64,000 nucleotides of DNA, taken from assembly GCA_029953675.1 (NCBI GenBank), contig JAMWBK010000004.1, positions 1,302,001 to 1,366,000 on the forward strand, read 5' to 3'. Source of the stretch: Rhodosorus marinus CCMP1338 (lineage: Eukaryota > Plantae > Rhodophyta). Shown one piece after another: positions 38,060 through 49,262 of this stretch. The translations under genes and the position numbers were made by a program. Below the pieces are notes generated by a model, which ran no database searches, was not told the DNA's origin, and saw only the letters and a program-made list of their open reading frames with translations. Position 1 is the first letter of the stretch; each line of letters begins with the position of its first letter.

Positions 38060-38130
38060 ACACTCATGGTCTAAGGGTATGATTCGAGCCTTCCAAGCTC
38101 GCGACCCGGGTTCGAGTCCCGGTGGGTGTA
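38060..38130 (+). tRNA. trnG-UCC: tRNA-Gly(TCC)
   Basis: 71-nt cloverleaf: ACACTCA/TGGGTGT acceptor stem, CGAGC-CTTCCAA-GCTCG anticodon arm, CCGGG-TTCGAGT-CCCGG T arm, A73. Confidence 0.92.
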
Positions 38131-38246
38131 CGGGTTATTTTGGGTCGTTTTGGAGCTTTTTCTCTGTATATTGATATTGAAAAGGATATTCAAGAAATTC
38201 CATGAAATTACTATATATAATAATGAAGTGTCATAACACGATGAAG

Positions 38247-38317
38247 ACACTCATGGTCTAAGGGTATGATTCGAGCCTTCCAAGCTCGCGACCCGGGTTC
38301 GAGTCCCGGTGGGTGTA
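38247..38317 (+). tRNA. trnG-UCC: tRNA-Gly(TCC), identical second copy
   Basis: Sequence identical to 38060-38130. Confidence 0.92.
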
Positions 38318-39026
38318 CGGATTGTTTTGTTGCATGTTTTGTTGATCCGGGTGCTGTTGGATGAGGAAATGGGAGCATCTTATTGTCACATGTGCGTTTC
38401 TTTTATCTGTTTTTATTACGCTCTGGATGATACATTGGATGACAATTCATACGCTTATCATTGGAAAAGCGATGCCTTCGCCCTGACGCATCAACTACCC
38501 AGATTCTTCGGGATGCTCCTTAGCATCCCGAAGAATCTGGTTAGTAGCACCCTCACCCACAGTCTCTATACCACAAATCGAGCTCAGGCAAAAAGGAGGC
38601 TCCTTCGTGCAGGTGAGCCCCAGTACTGCTCTTTCAGCAAGATTCGCACTCCCGCTGGGGAGCTTCAAAAGTTCTTGGCAAAGGAGCAAACTTGTCATTC
38701 GCTTGTCCAGAAGTTTTCTTTTAACTATTTCTCTCTTTCTCTTCAGTTAGGCAACTCTACCCATTCATGGACAACCTCTTGCTCTACGGTTTGTGTCATC
38801 GGAGGTGGTAAACTCTTTTAAATCAGTCTTAGTACGCAATGTGCAATAGATCGGTCATCTCAAATCGCTTCCATCTGAAATCTTCAGAAACCCATCTTCA
38901 TGCTTTGGACGTTATGCTCAACTCGTTTTGCGAAGGTTGAAGCAATCACGGCAAGGATTTTTAGGGTATTACTCCTCTGCTAGCTGTGTCTCCGGCCTTG
39001 AGTCAGATGGCGGCAGCGGCTCCTAG

Positions 39027-39064
39027 AACAGGTCAACAGGTCAACAGGTTAACAAGTCAACAGG
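39027..39064. repeat. 8-bp tandem repeat (aacaggtc)
   Basis: About 4.7 near-perfect units visible. Confidence 0.75.
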
Positions 39065-39273
39065 ATATCACAATGGCAAGTTGGAAGATTGCGGCCACTG
39101 GCTTAGAAACCAAAAAAAAACTGTTCTGGCGGTTGGACTACGACTTACCACGTTCTCGAGTACATTGCCGATCGTGTTCACCTGATACTGCAGACAGAAA
39201 AGAAACAGCATTTACAAATGTCAAAACTCGGGGCGATCAATCCGCGGCGACGTTCATGAAGCCTGGGTTAAAT

Positions 39274-39498
39274 CTAGATCTCCTCGCCTACCTTGTAACG
39301 AAGCCCACCATACACACTGCAGACAAACAGCCCGAGCACTCCTAGAAAGACGAAATTATTTCGTCTTCTTTTCGAGAGTATTCGTTTGCTGTTTAATTCC
39401 CGCTCCCTCAATTCCGCCTGGTTTTCTCTCATTCTAGCAAGGAGAACACCATAATCGGTAGATGCCCTTCCGTGAGGCCCTTTCTTCCGAACAGACAT
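39274..39498 (-). CDS. Small single-pass membrane protein, COA3-like (cytochrome c oxidase assembly); 3' exon unresolved
   Basis: Coiled segment followed by KRRRNNFVFLGVLGLFVCSVYGGLRYK, resembling the RR.N...G.....V..YGY..Y pattern of COA3; probable intron donor at YK|gtagg. Confidence 0.4.
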   Translation of the reverse strand: MSVRKKGPHGRASTDYGVLLARMRENQAELRERELNSKRILSKRRRNNFVFLGVLGLFVCSVYGGLRYKVGEEI

Positions 39499-40280
39499 TA
39501 TGAATCAAGAGACCAAAGGTACTCCTCTCAACAACCTACTCGTTCAATTCTAAACTCTTGCAATCATCCACATCCGAAAATCCACCTCAACCTGTCCGCC
39601 CACATCCCTGAAGTAAACTGGAACAATTCTGGAATCCTTACTCCACCTTCACAGAATGTAATCTGCAAGAGACGAGACGGCCGTTGCATCGGGTTAACCA
39701 TCAACGCGTGGTGGTGGGCTGCGACCTCATGTGAAGGTTTCCATTCGATGGGTCTGCTCCATCTCATTGTTTTCATTTCAGATGGAAACAGAGTCATATC
39801 TACTACTGGAATTCCTAGATTGTTAGGCGCGACGACAGTTAGGCCGTTTCTGTTTGACAAGATGAACGGGGAAAGCCTTTGGATGTGGTCTATCTTATCT
39901 CGTTTTGTGCCTCCCGTGTTCGAGTAGATAGGCGACGGTGGAAACCTTGACATTCACAGCAAGAGTCTGTCCGTCCGCCTCAACTGTGATTATTGCAAGC
40001 TATGTCATACGTGAAGAGGCCAAGGTGGAAGGGTACTTCTGCCTTTGTTCCAGGATTTTTGAGTTTGGTCCACCACAAAGGAAACTGCATCCGCGTTTCT
40101 TCCAACTAGCTCTCAGAGGCGTGGTTGCTAAGCTTCAAGGCTTGCCCAGTTCTCACAGAACAAGGCAAAGTCGCGAGCTTGTTTCCGCCTCGAAACCTAG
40201 TGAAGGACCGCTCCTGCCGGAAAACATACTTCAACGGTTGCCGTTGTTTTTTGGAGGCCAACTCTCTTTAGTTTGGGAGT

Positions 40281-40327
40281 TGCCTCAACATGCCTCAACA
40301 TGCCTCAACAAACCTCAACAAACCTCA
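40281..40327. repeat. 10-bp tandem repeat (tgcctcaaca)
   Basis: About 4.7 units visible. Confidence 0.75.
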
Positions 40328-40841
40328 GTGAATGCTGCTCCAAACTGGTTCGGCTGCTGGACGACTAAGGAAAGGTGACAGCTAGATTAGGCTTTGCTTC
40401 TTCGTCGTAGGTCAAACTGTGACCGCTCTGTCCTCGTGGTAGAGCTCGTTGGTGGCGGTTGGTCGGACACAGTGAACTCTGGCACAGCTTAGTGAAGAAT
40501 TCAAGGTGGGTTTTTAATGAACAAGACGTACGCGATTTTAGAAACGGCGTTAGCAACAAACAAAAATAGGAAAAAACAAAAAAAAAGCAAAGCATGTGAC
40601 GCCGCGCCATAGACAGGTTATATTCGAGGGCAATACACTGTGCAAGATGTGTTTCAAGTGGGTCTTCCTCTTTTGGCATATTCTGCATCCATCCATGACG
40701 ATAAAAAACAAGGTTGAAACAGAGGCCTTCCAAAATTATGGCAAGGCCAAGAACGAATTTCATAGAATTTAATTTCTCTTTCAGCTCTCGTATCCTGATT
40801 GTGAACGCGACATATCAGCTCGACCATACGACCATGTGAGC

Positions 40842-43094
40842 TTACGCTCCGTGTCCCGTCTTGGAGTTTACTGGAGTCGGCCGGTGGTGCGCCGACGCCT
40901 GTGAAAGGGACCCGGTAGCACCGTTATGTGAATCATTGCGAGGCTTAGGGGCGGAGTCAATTCGAGTGCCCGCCGGACTCTGCTTCGACGCATAGTTTGT
41001 GCCAACATTATTCTGGCGGTTGACGCTAGTCTGCACAGGCTTCGCGCCGTCGATCTTCTTGAAGATTCCAACAAACTTCTCCTGGTCCTTGGACTGTGCA
41101 CCGGTTGATCCTCGTGATCCCGACCCGGACGAAGGCTGAGGCGCGTAACCACCAGTCGAAGCTTGAACGAAGGTCTGCTGATTGCTGCCTCCCTGCCCAC
41201 CTGCTCCGCCACGGATGTCGTATTTAACAGTCGAGATCGGTCCTCCCGGAGGAACCTTCGATCCAGGCATAACCGACAAATTGCCAGTTCCACCTCCCCT
41301 GTCCTTGCCCATTTGGATTCCTTGATCGACCGAAATCGAATTCTTGGACCACGGATACGGGATATTCCCGGCAGTTACTCCAGCTTGCATGGAAGAAGCG
41401 ACACCACCGTTCCTAGCACCCCGCACGAGCTGAGCTTCCGACTTTGTGATCTCGCCAGGCACAGAGATTACATTCTTTATCTCCGTCTCGTAATCCTGAA
41501 CACCCTGGGTCCAAGTCATGTCCAGGTTCATGCCAGCCTTCTGCATCCTCTTGAACTTCTCCGTCCCGTAGTCTCCAACGGCAGTCCTTATTCCCCTGAT
41601 AATGCCGCCAACGCCCTGCTCGAGCTTTGCAGCACCGAGAGGCTGTCCAGGGTATTCCTCAGTAGGGATCGGGTCAAGGAGATATCCGGTAACACCATCT
41701 ACGACGGAATCCCTAAGTCCACCCGTGTCTGTCACTATTGGAACACATCCGTAGCGCATGGCATGCAACTGAACCAAACCACATGGCTCAAACCTTGACG
41801 GCATCGCCATGAAGTCCGCGGCAGCGACGAGCTTGTGCTCCATGGCTTCGCTGAACTTGGTCACTCCAGCAATGCGTGTCGGGTCCATGGCCTCGATCTC
41901 CTTCACTCTGCGCATCATGTGCGCCTGGCCCGTTCCCAGAAGGACGAACTGAACGTCAGGCAGGGAATCAATCAGTTCAGGAATGGCCTCCATCAACAGG
42001 TCGATACCCTTCTGCGGGTCGAGGCGTCCAACAAATCCTATCAACGGAGCATCCGGATCCACCTTGAGTCCCAGCTCAGCCTGAAGCTTGGCCTTGAGCT
42101 TGCGCTTCATAATCCAGGCAGTGGCCGCGTCATAGCCATTCACCAGGAACTTGTCGTCCATTGGGTTCCACTTCACCATGTCCATGCCGTTGACGATTCC
42201 AATAATGCCCTTCGCACGAATAATATCATCCAATTCAACTCCAAGCTTCTTGCCGCTCATCACCTCCTCAGCGAACGACGGGGAGACGGTCAGTAGTCGG
42301 TCTGAATGAATGAATCCGGCCTTAAGAATGTTAATCATTCTCATGGGAGCTTCAGTGATGACGGGCTGATCGGTTTCCCCGTCGAGCGGCGGAGAGCAGA
42401 AACACGACTCAAACGCGAGGTCTTCAAAGAACTCTTTCGGCAGATTCAGATCGTCAAAGTACTCCACAGGGTAGCGCCCCTGGAAGACGATGTTGTGAAG
42501 AATAAACATCGTCTTTGCATTGTTGAAGAGGCCCCTCGGACGGTAATACGCCTTCATGTACAACGGCAGCAGGGCTGCATGCCAGTCATTCGGGACAAAG
42601 AGAACATCTGACCCGTATGGATATCCACCGAGGTGCAACTTAAGGCACGCCTCCATTGCTGCTTGGCACAGAATCGAGAAGCGCATCGGACCATCGGGAA
42701 AGTCAACTCCTGCCTTTGGTCCGTAGATCTTTGATCCAGAGTAACCCCAAATCTTCTCCAAGAAGCTGGGATGGTCCACGAAGACACGATCAACTCCATT
42801 GTGATAGCAATGGAAAAACGAAACCCTCTCCTTCCTGTTCTTTCCGACAGTGATGTTAATATTGACTGAAGTATCCCATCCCTCGGCATACTGATCATAC
42901 CTCGGGGTGATGCTCATTACTCGATGACCCCTGGCTGCGAGCTCCATTGGAAGATCTCTCATGACATCTCCCAGACCTCCAGTCTTCGCCCATGGTGATA
43001 CTTCTGCTCCAACAAACACAATACTCAGCTTCTGCTCACCAAGAGGATACTTATCAGCCTCTCCAGGGGCCGGTAACCCGTTCCTCCTCGTCAT
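40842..43094 (-). CDS. GBSS: Granule-bound starch synthase (GT5), intronless, with long C-terminal extension
   Basis: AEVSPWAKTGGLGDV, GHRVMSITPRYDQY, NGVDRVFVDHP, RFSILCQAA, NDWH, FILHNI..QG, GIVNGMD, GRLDPQKG, PSRFEPCGLVQL. Confidence 0.92.
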   Translation of the reverse strand: MTRRNGLPAPGEADKYPLGEQKLSIVFVGAEVSPWAKTGGLGDVMRDLPMELAARGHRVMSITPRYDQYAEGWDTSVNINITVGKNRKERVSFFHCYHNGVDRVFVDHPSFLEKIWGYSGSKIYGPKAGVDFPDGPMRFSILCQAAMEACLKLHLGGYPYGSDVLFVPNDWHAALLPLYMKAYYRPRGLFNNAKTMFILHNIVFQGRYPVEYFDDLNLPKEFFEDLAFESCFCSPPLDGETDQPVITEAPMRMINILKAGFIHSDRLLTVSPSFAEEVMSGKKLGVELDDIIRAKGIIGIVNGMDMVKWNPMDDKFLVNGYDAATAWIMKRKLKAKLQAELGLKVDPDAPLIGFVGRLDPQKGIDLLMEAIPELIDSLPDVQFVLLGTGQAHMMRRVKEIEAMDPTRIAGVTKFSEAMEHKLVAAADFMAMPSRFEPCGLVQLHAMRYGCVPIVTDTGGLRDSVVDGVTGYLLDPIPTEEYPGQPLGAAKLEQGVGGIIRGIRTAVGDYGTEKFKRMQKAGMNLDMTWTQGVQDYETEIKNVISVPGEITKSEAQLVRGARNGGVASSMQAGVTAGNIPYPWSKNSISVDQGIQMGKDRGGGTGNLSVMPGSKVPPGGPISTVKYDIRGGAGGQGGSNQQTFVQASTGGYAPQPSSGSGSRGSTGAQSKDQEKFVGIFKKIDGAKPVQTSVNRQNNVGTNYASKQSPAGTRIDSAPKPRNDSHNGATGSLSQASAHHRPTPVNSKTGHGA

Positions 43095-44860
43095 CTCTTC
43101 TGATCTCTTCTAGAAAACTAGGGCAGCTTTCAACGACTTATCCACTACCCTCCTCAAACGACCACTCGATCACCTCACTCGCACGCACCCAACCTTTCTC
43201 TTCCGCCGAATCAAAGGAATAAAAGCCCTTCCTCCTCTACCCTTTACCCCACCAGCGCTACTCCCGTACCCGTGCCCTCCCCCCGTCCCCTATCCATCGC
43301 CTCCTTGCCTCACATTAACAGACAGAAAATCAACCCTCGATACCCGAGAACCCCAGTGCGAATTTTTTTTCTGCTTTCCGGACAAAATTTTCCAACATTT
43401 CGTAACATTTGCCAAATGGAGTTCTCACCCCAATGGCCTGGAAAACGGAAACATTAAGACCCGATCTGAAAAGAAGTCCTTAAATGGAAGGCTGCCTATT
43501 TGATTTCCTCCTTCAAGTATTCCCCATGGGGGGTCGAATATACCTGGGACGGGGGAAAACAGTTAATTAATTTCATAAATACAATTATTTTGGAAACCCT
43601 GATATACGCTATATCCCCCTCAAGTCCTCAGTCGATTTGCACTCAAAGAAACTGGAAAAGTTAATATACTTGTGGAATCCAATGAGTGGTTATAACGAGT
43701 TAGGAATTTTTAGGAATTCAACTAGCGCAACGGCTATCTAAATACCTTGATTGTCTTGTTGACTGAGGAAAAGGGAGTGCTTACAAAGTACCGAGGGGTG
43801 GTAATATTGAAATTTACTTAAAGAAAAAACTAAAATATGAAATTGTTTAAACCTGCGCGGCTAGAAGTCAGGGGTTAAGCCCTTCTCCACCAGCGTAGGT
43901 ATCAGTCATTTTTCTGGTTTAGGAAATCTTTCTTGGGTTGATGACCACCGCAAACCCCTGGTTCCGATTCGGATATTTCCAATGATCTTTCTCTACAGAC
44001 CAACGGATGACGTCGATGGGAGGATGGAACTGTAAATCCACTATTTATTAAATTATTTGATAGTCAATATCCAATCATTGGGATATTTCAATTCCTTTGA
44101 AACCAATGGTGTTCGAAAAGCCGGCTTGGATGGACGGGTTACCATGAGAGACGCTGTGAACGGTAGTCTTGGAATCCAGTGAGCTTCGTTGAAAGTGGGT
44201 TTGGTGAACTGGAATCATAACGGAGGTGGGGGAAATTCCGTGTTGTAATTTCTGAGTGGTCGAAAGTGGCCAATCCATGGAGAGCTATTGTGGGGAACAC
44301 GAATTAGAATTGACTTTAAAGTCGATCACAATCAATTTCGGAATCCAGATACAACATCTCGCTTGGGTCTTTAGTGCAATTTATTACCCTAGGCCGTTCC
44401 GTTCTAGAATTTGGCAAGTTCAGCCGAATCTAGGCAGCTCTCTAGGGAGAAGCGAGGCTAACATGACTTATTCCTGCTTGGGGAGGGTGAACGCAAATTG
44501 CTTTTTGTCGAGAGGAGGTGTAGGTCAGCTGAGTCTTTTGATATCGTGACGGGGGAAACCACCCCTATAAGTCTTCATAAGGCCCTGTAAGATTGCACAA
44601 AAAGATGCCCGTCCCCTGTCATTCTTGGCATTGAGAGCTATTCGGTGTACTACTGTGATAAATTGGAATTCGACTATAAGTCCAACCGCGGTACACAAAC
44701 ACAAAATTTAGACCTGTCCCCTGTTGCAGGCAGAGAGATATGAACACCAGGTCGCCCGGGTAGAGAGTGCATGACCAAACCAGCTTTTTCATTGGAAACG
44801 GAGGAAGACGTTCATGTGCTGGCCGTATTTATCGTCCACTAGGGTTCCTTGGATTGTCAA

Positions 44861-44925
44861 GTACATTCACATTTACATTCACATATATATTCACATTTCT
44901 AGTCACACTTGTATTCACATTTATG
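44861..44925. repeat. Degenerate ACATTC/ACATTT microsatellite
   Basis: acattcacatttacattcacatatatattcacattt...attcacattt. Confidence 0.6.
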
Positions 44926-45392
44926 TCAGACGGTTTATCACATAGTGGGATGTACTTAAATACAATTGCTGTCGTTGACGGCATGGCTTTTATGGTTTTC
45001 TATGATTAAGGTTTATCCTCTATGTGCGTTCTCCTCTGTTGTGTCCTATCCACCAAAGCTGAAGCTGAAGGCTTGGGAGTTTCGCTCTTTTTGCAATCCG
45101 ACTTGTGGAATGCGCCTTCCGAGATTTTCACGAGGTCTCAATTTTGGGAATCTCTTGAGACGGAACCTTAACAAAACCCTACTAGAGTGCAATGGAATTG
45201 TAGAGCCTAATCATTTCTGTACATTTTGATTTATGGCTTAAACGCCGCCAGCATGCCATGCCTCTACGGGAGATCCTCTTGATGGTAACAGAAGTAAAAA
45301 TTGACGAATCACCATCCGCCACTGAGAAACTTATAGGCCGTGGAGAAAGTGGACTTGTAAAATTTCCAAAAGCCTTCCAGCCTTCACACCAA

Positions 45393-48300
45393 TCAACTGC
45401 TGAAAGCTGACTGGATTTTCGCCTGTTGTTCCTTGGTCAATCCTTGGAAGGCAGACTCCAAAGCGCCCGCCGGCAACTGCTGCTGCATGCTCCGAAGGAC
45501 TGCAACTATTCGAACGGAGTAGTCCTGCGAGAGAAGTTTTGTATTCATGACTTCCGCGAAGAATCGCATGACAAGACCCAGGTTGGAAAAGCCCTCTCCG
45601 AGTATGGTCATGTTACCGCCCTCCACAAGCCTAACAAGTCTCTCGTGCACACTAAAGAAAACCGAAATTAGAAACGGCGTTTTGGTGTTTAGAGTGCTGA
45701 GGCATGCTATGTGCAGTTTTATGCCAGACGCAATCGTTCTACTCTCATGTTTTGTGTTTGCTGTCTTACTTTTTCGCTTCCACAAGGTCGGCCTTCAGCG
45801 GAACATACGTTAAAAGCGCCTGCACAAAACTAGGAAGATTCCCGAGAGCGGTGGGTCGGAACTCGACGATCTTTGCAACCGCAGAGATCGCGTTGTCGGT
45901 AGCGACCTCATTCGCTTCACTTCTTGCATCCGGTGGACTGAGCACTTTCTCCAAAGCTGATGAAACCCCGCTTCCTCCGTACCTGTCGATAAACCAGAAA
46001 CGAGCGACGGATAAGACGACGCTGATGCTCGTGGCTGCATCCAAAGGATCGAACCATACAACCATCAACGTAGACAGATTGTGCCTTACCTCTCCAAAAG
46101 TTCTCCGCCTTTCTCGGCCGTTACGCCAATGCCATATGTTGCAGCCTGCTTTATCTCTGCATTCGCATCCACGGCGTACACGAGCATAAACGGCAATAGC
46201 TTCTCCACATAGTTCAGCCCGGCTACTCCTCCAAATTCGATAATATCGTCAAATACACAGAGGGCCACCCTCTTCTCTACAGCGGATCCATTAGGGTGCA
46301 AAAACGATCCAAAAACATCGGCCAAGCTAGCATTCTGACCGTCCGCCTCCTCGAACACTACATTCATCGGCGACTTAACACAATGAGCTGACGCGGATAT
46401 GCACAAACGTGCAAGAGCTCGAGGGCAAAGTCCGATTTCTTACCAGAAAGGAAGGTTTCACCTCCGCTCTTACATAAGGAGTCTATCGTGTCCGCGACTC
46501 GGTCCAGTAGTTCATTATCAGGGCCCTCCTCACCAAGAATCTCCTCCAGTTCCTCCGCGTCGTACCTGATTTTTAACCACGGTTTGGCAAGCTTGTAAGA
46601 ACCGGAAAAGGCATTGTCCGTTCCCACGATTGTTCGCACAAGCAACGTTCGCTTACCCTTCTTCTTGGACAATTTGTCTTCTTTGATCAATTCGCCCCGC
46701 ACGATCCTTCAAAGCTTCCAGTAGGCAATCTGCGCACTGCTTAAGGAGAGCCCGATCTTGGATTCTTTGCGCACCCATGATCTCTCCAAGGGACTCCACT
46801 TTGGTGACCATAACCTCAACATCAGCTTCTTTCGGAATACATTTGATCAGTTCGGACACAATATACTGGAACAGCTCCTGGTACTATTGTGCATACAAGA
46901 CACCCAAGGTTAGTAGCAAGTCCTGGTCAGGCAAAGAATCAAAGAATCGCCCTCTGTATATTGGGGGTTCGAGAGCACCTGCTGAGCAAAGGCATCTCCT
47001 TGTTCCGCAACGCAGAGCAGCAGATCGGGGAGGCTCTGTGCTGCAGAATTTCGACAATCGTCATGGTAGTAAAAATTGAGCAACGGTACAAATAGCTGGA
47101 TCACAGGCTGCACGTATTCAATGAAACCTCCTTTCAGCTCGTTTACGAAGCAAGCCAGCAAGTTACAAGCAGTTGCCTTGTCCTCCAATGCCGACGTCCT
47201 GATTCCAATTCTCTTGTCCCCAACGATGTATGTGTCGACACCATCATCTTGCTCTTCGTCCGCCAGCGCAGACATCACCTATGGAATAAAATGATTCGCA
47301 AACGCACACAATACCACCGTTACTGGCGCGCGATGACAGCAACGGCCAAATTGAGCTGGAACGCACCTCTATCTCGGGTTTAATAGAGGCAGCCTCAAGA
47401 AGTGGAGGCATCACTACCCGCAAGTACGGGATGAAGTCCTTCTTCATGCACCTGCAGATTCTCGCATACGCCTGCATCAGGTAGTATGATTGCGGGTCAT
47501 CCGGATCCAGTTGCGTCATTTGAGTTTTTACCAATAGGTCCATAATCTCCGCACTATCTGGACTGAACATTTCATTTCCAACAACCAGTCCAATTATCGA
47601 CACGCACTCCATAACCTTCCCTCTCAACTTGGAAAGCTTCTTGTCATCTGTCGATAGTAGCAAGACCTTCTTTAGATCGGGCATGAACGACTGATAAAAC
47701 GGCCTGAAGTTAACTCCCGCAGAATCTGCGACTGACGCGACTGCTGTAACCGCTTGCTCTTGAATGAGCTTTCTCGGTGAAGGTAGGAGGTTCATAAGCC
47801 GGCTGAGCAACCCTTCCATGTAAAGCTGGATTACTTCCGGGGAAGCTTCCTCGCAAAAGTTAATGAGCGCGGCGGCCCCGTGCGACTGAACGCGCGGCTG
47901 ATTCACATCGTCCATAATCTTAATCAGTGACGGAACAATTTGCGCATGGAAGATCTTCTGCATCGCAGGTGCAAAATCGGTACACATTTGTCCAATACAA
48001 TGTACAGCAGCCCATCGCACGCGTGGGTGGGAGTCTTCGAAGTGGCTAAGCGCCATCATCGTCACTTTGTCAAGCTGCTCAGATATTTGCTGCTCGCACC
48101 CTTCGCCAATCTGAGAGATAGCAAGAAGCGCCGCGTGACGGTGTTGCCAGGACTCGTGGTTGGCGAGATACTGGGTAATAATCGTAAATGCAACCGGGAG
48201 AATTGCGTTTCCGCCGAGCTTAATTGCCAGTCTGTCTAAGGCCTCCTGACCGAGAGCGTAGTTGCTGTATTCGTCGTCGTCATCGTCATCATCACGAGTA

Positions 48301-49262
48301 TACCAGTCCTGGTCGTCATCTATCTCAAGCATCATCTGCAACGCGATTGGCAGTACTCTCTCAACATAGTTTCCCATCTTCCTACAAGTGGTGGGCAAAT
48401 TCTCCGCCGCGGCCACCAAAAACTCCATTCCGAGCTGCCTCGTCCCTTCCTCCAATTCAGCGGAAGCTGCAATGCTTAGCATCAGTTCTGAAACCTTCGC
48501 CAGGTACTTGCGCCAGCATTTCGCTTCATTCTCCAGAGATTCTATGAGGCTGTCCAGGCAAAGCCGAGCCGCGGCTTCGTCTTGCGCATTCAACGTCGCC
48601 GAGACAGGTCCCATGAACAGTGGAATGAGCTCCGCCAGCTGCTGGCATGCTTGAGATTCAAAAGTATTAAAAACAGCGCAAGTCGCTCGAAGCGCTTCCA
48701 CTTGTACGTTGATGTCCGGATCCACTAATCCCCGCTTGAAAATCTCATAAAAGGCCGCCAGGTGCGGCTGCAGCTTCTCGCTCAGTAAATCCGTCAATTG
48801 GGCAAATATATACAACGCGCTTTCCCGATCATGTGCATTCGGACTCTTGGAAAGCTCAAACAGCAAGGGCAGCAAATCATTCACATCACTGTTACTGCTA
48901 GAATCGCTACCGGTGCATGCGATCGCGCTGAGGGTATCGCAGAGCTTTCTTCTAGGATCCTGACTTGGTTCCGCTCGTATTCCCTGAAAGAGCTGGTCCT
49001 TAACAATCGCCTTTGACGTTGCGTCGGTGCTACCCCAAAGCTCTGGCGCGGTACGTCGTAGGAGCACCGCGCCCATGTCCTTCACTCCCCTGTCCTCTGA
49101 TTTCGTCGCCAACGTCGACAACGCCAAAATACAAGGCCCAGGCTGATTCTTCGCGTTGTTGAAAGCGCTCTCTGCAGCATTTCTCACCGCATTATCTGGA
49201 GATTGCAGTTGCCTCAGGATCATCTCCATTGCGGCCAACGCTTCAGAGCTACCAGCCGCCAT
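45393..49262 (-). CDS. IPO5: Importin-5 / karyopherin beta-3 (Kap121), multi-exon
   Basis: SPDNAVRNAAE, LGQEALDRLAIKLGG, WQHRHAALLAISQIGEGC, HPRVRWAAVHCIGQMCTDF, IGIRTSALEDKATAC, YYHDDCRNSAA, DANAEIKQAATYGIG, DNAISAVAKI. Confidence 0.93.

Noticed and set aside
39472-40763. Several overlapping 130-150 aa ORFs on both strands
   Set aside because: A gene may be present but strand and product cannot be determined.
41163-42898. Plus-strand ORFs overlapping GBSS
   Set aside because: Antisense shadows of a well-supported CDS.
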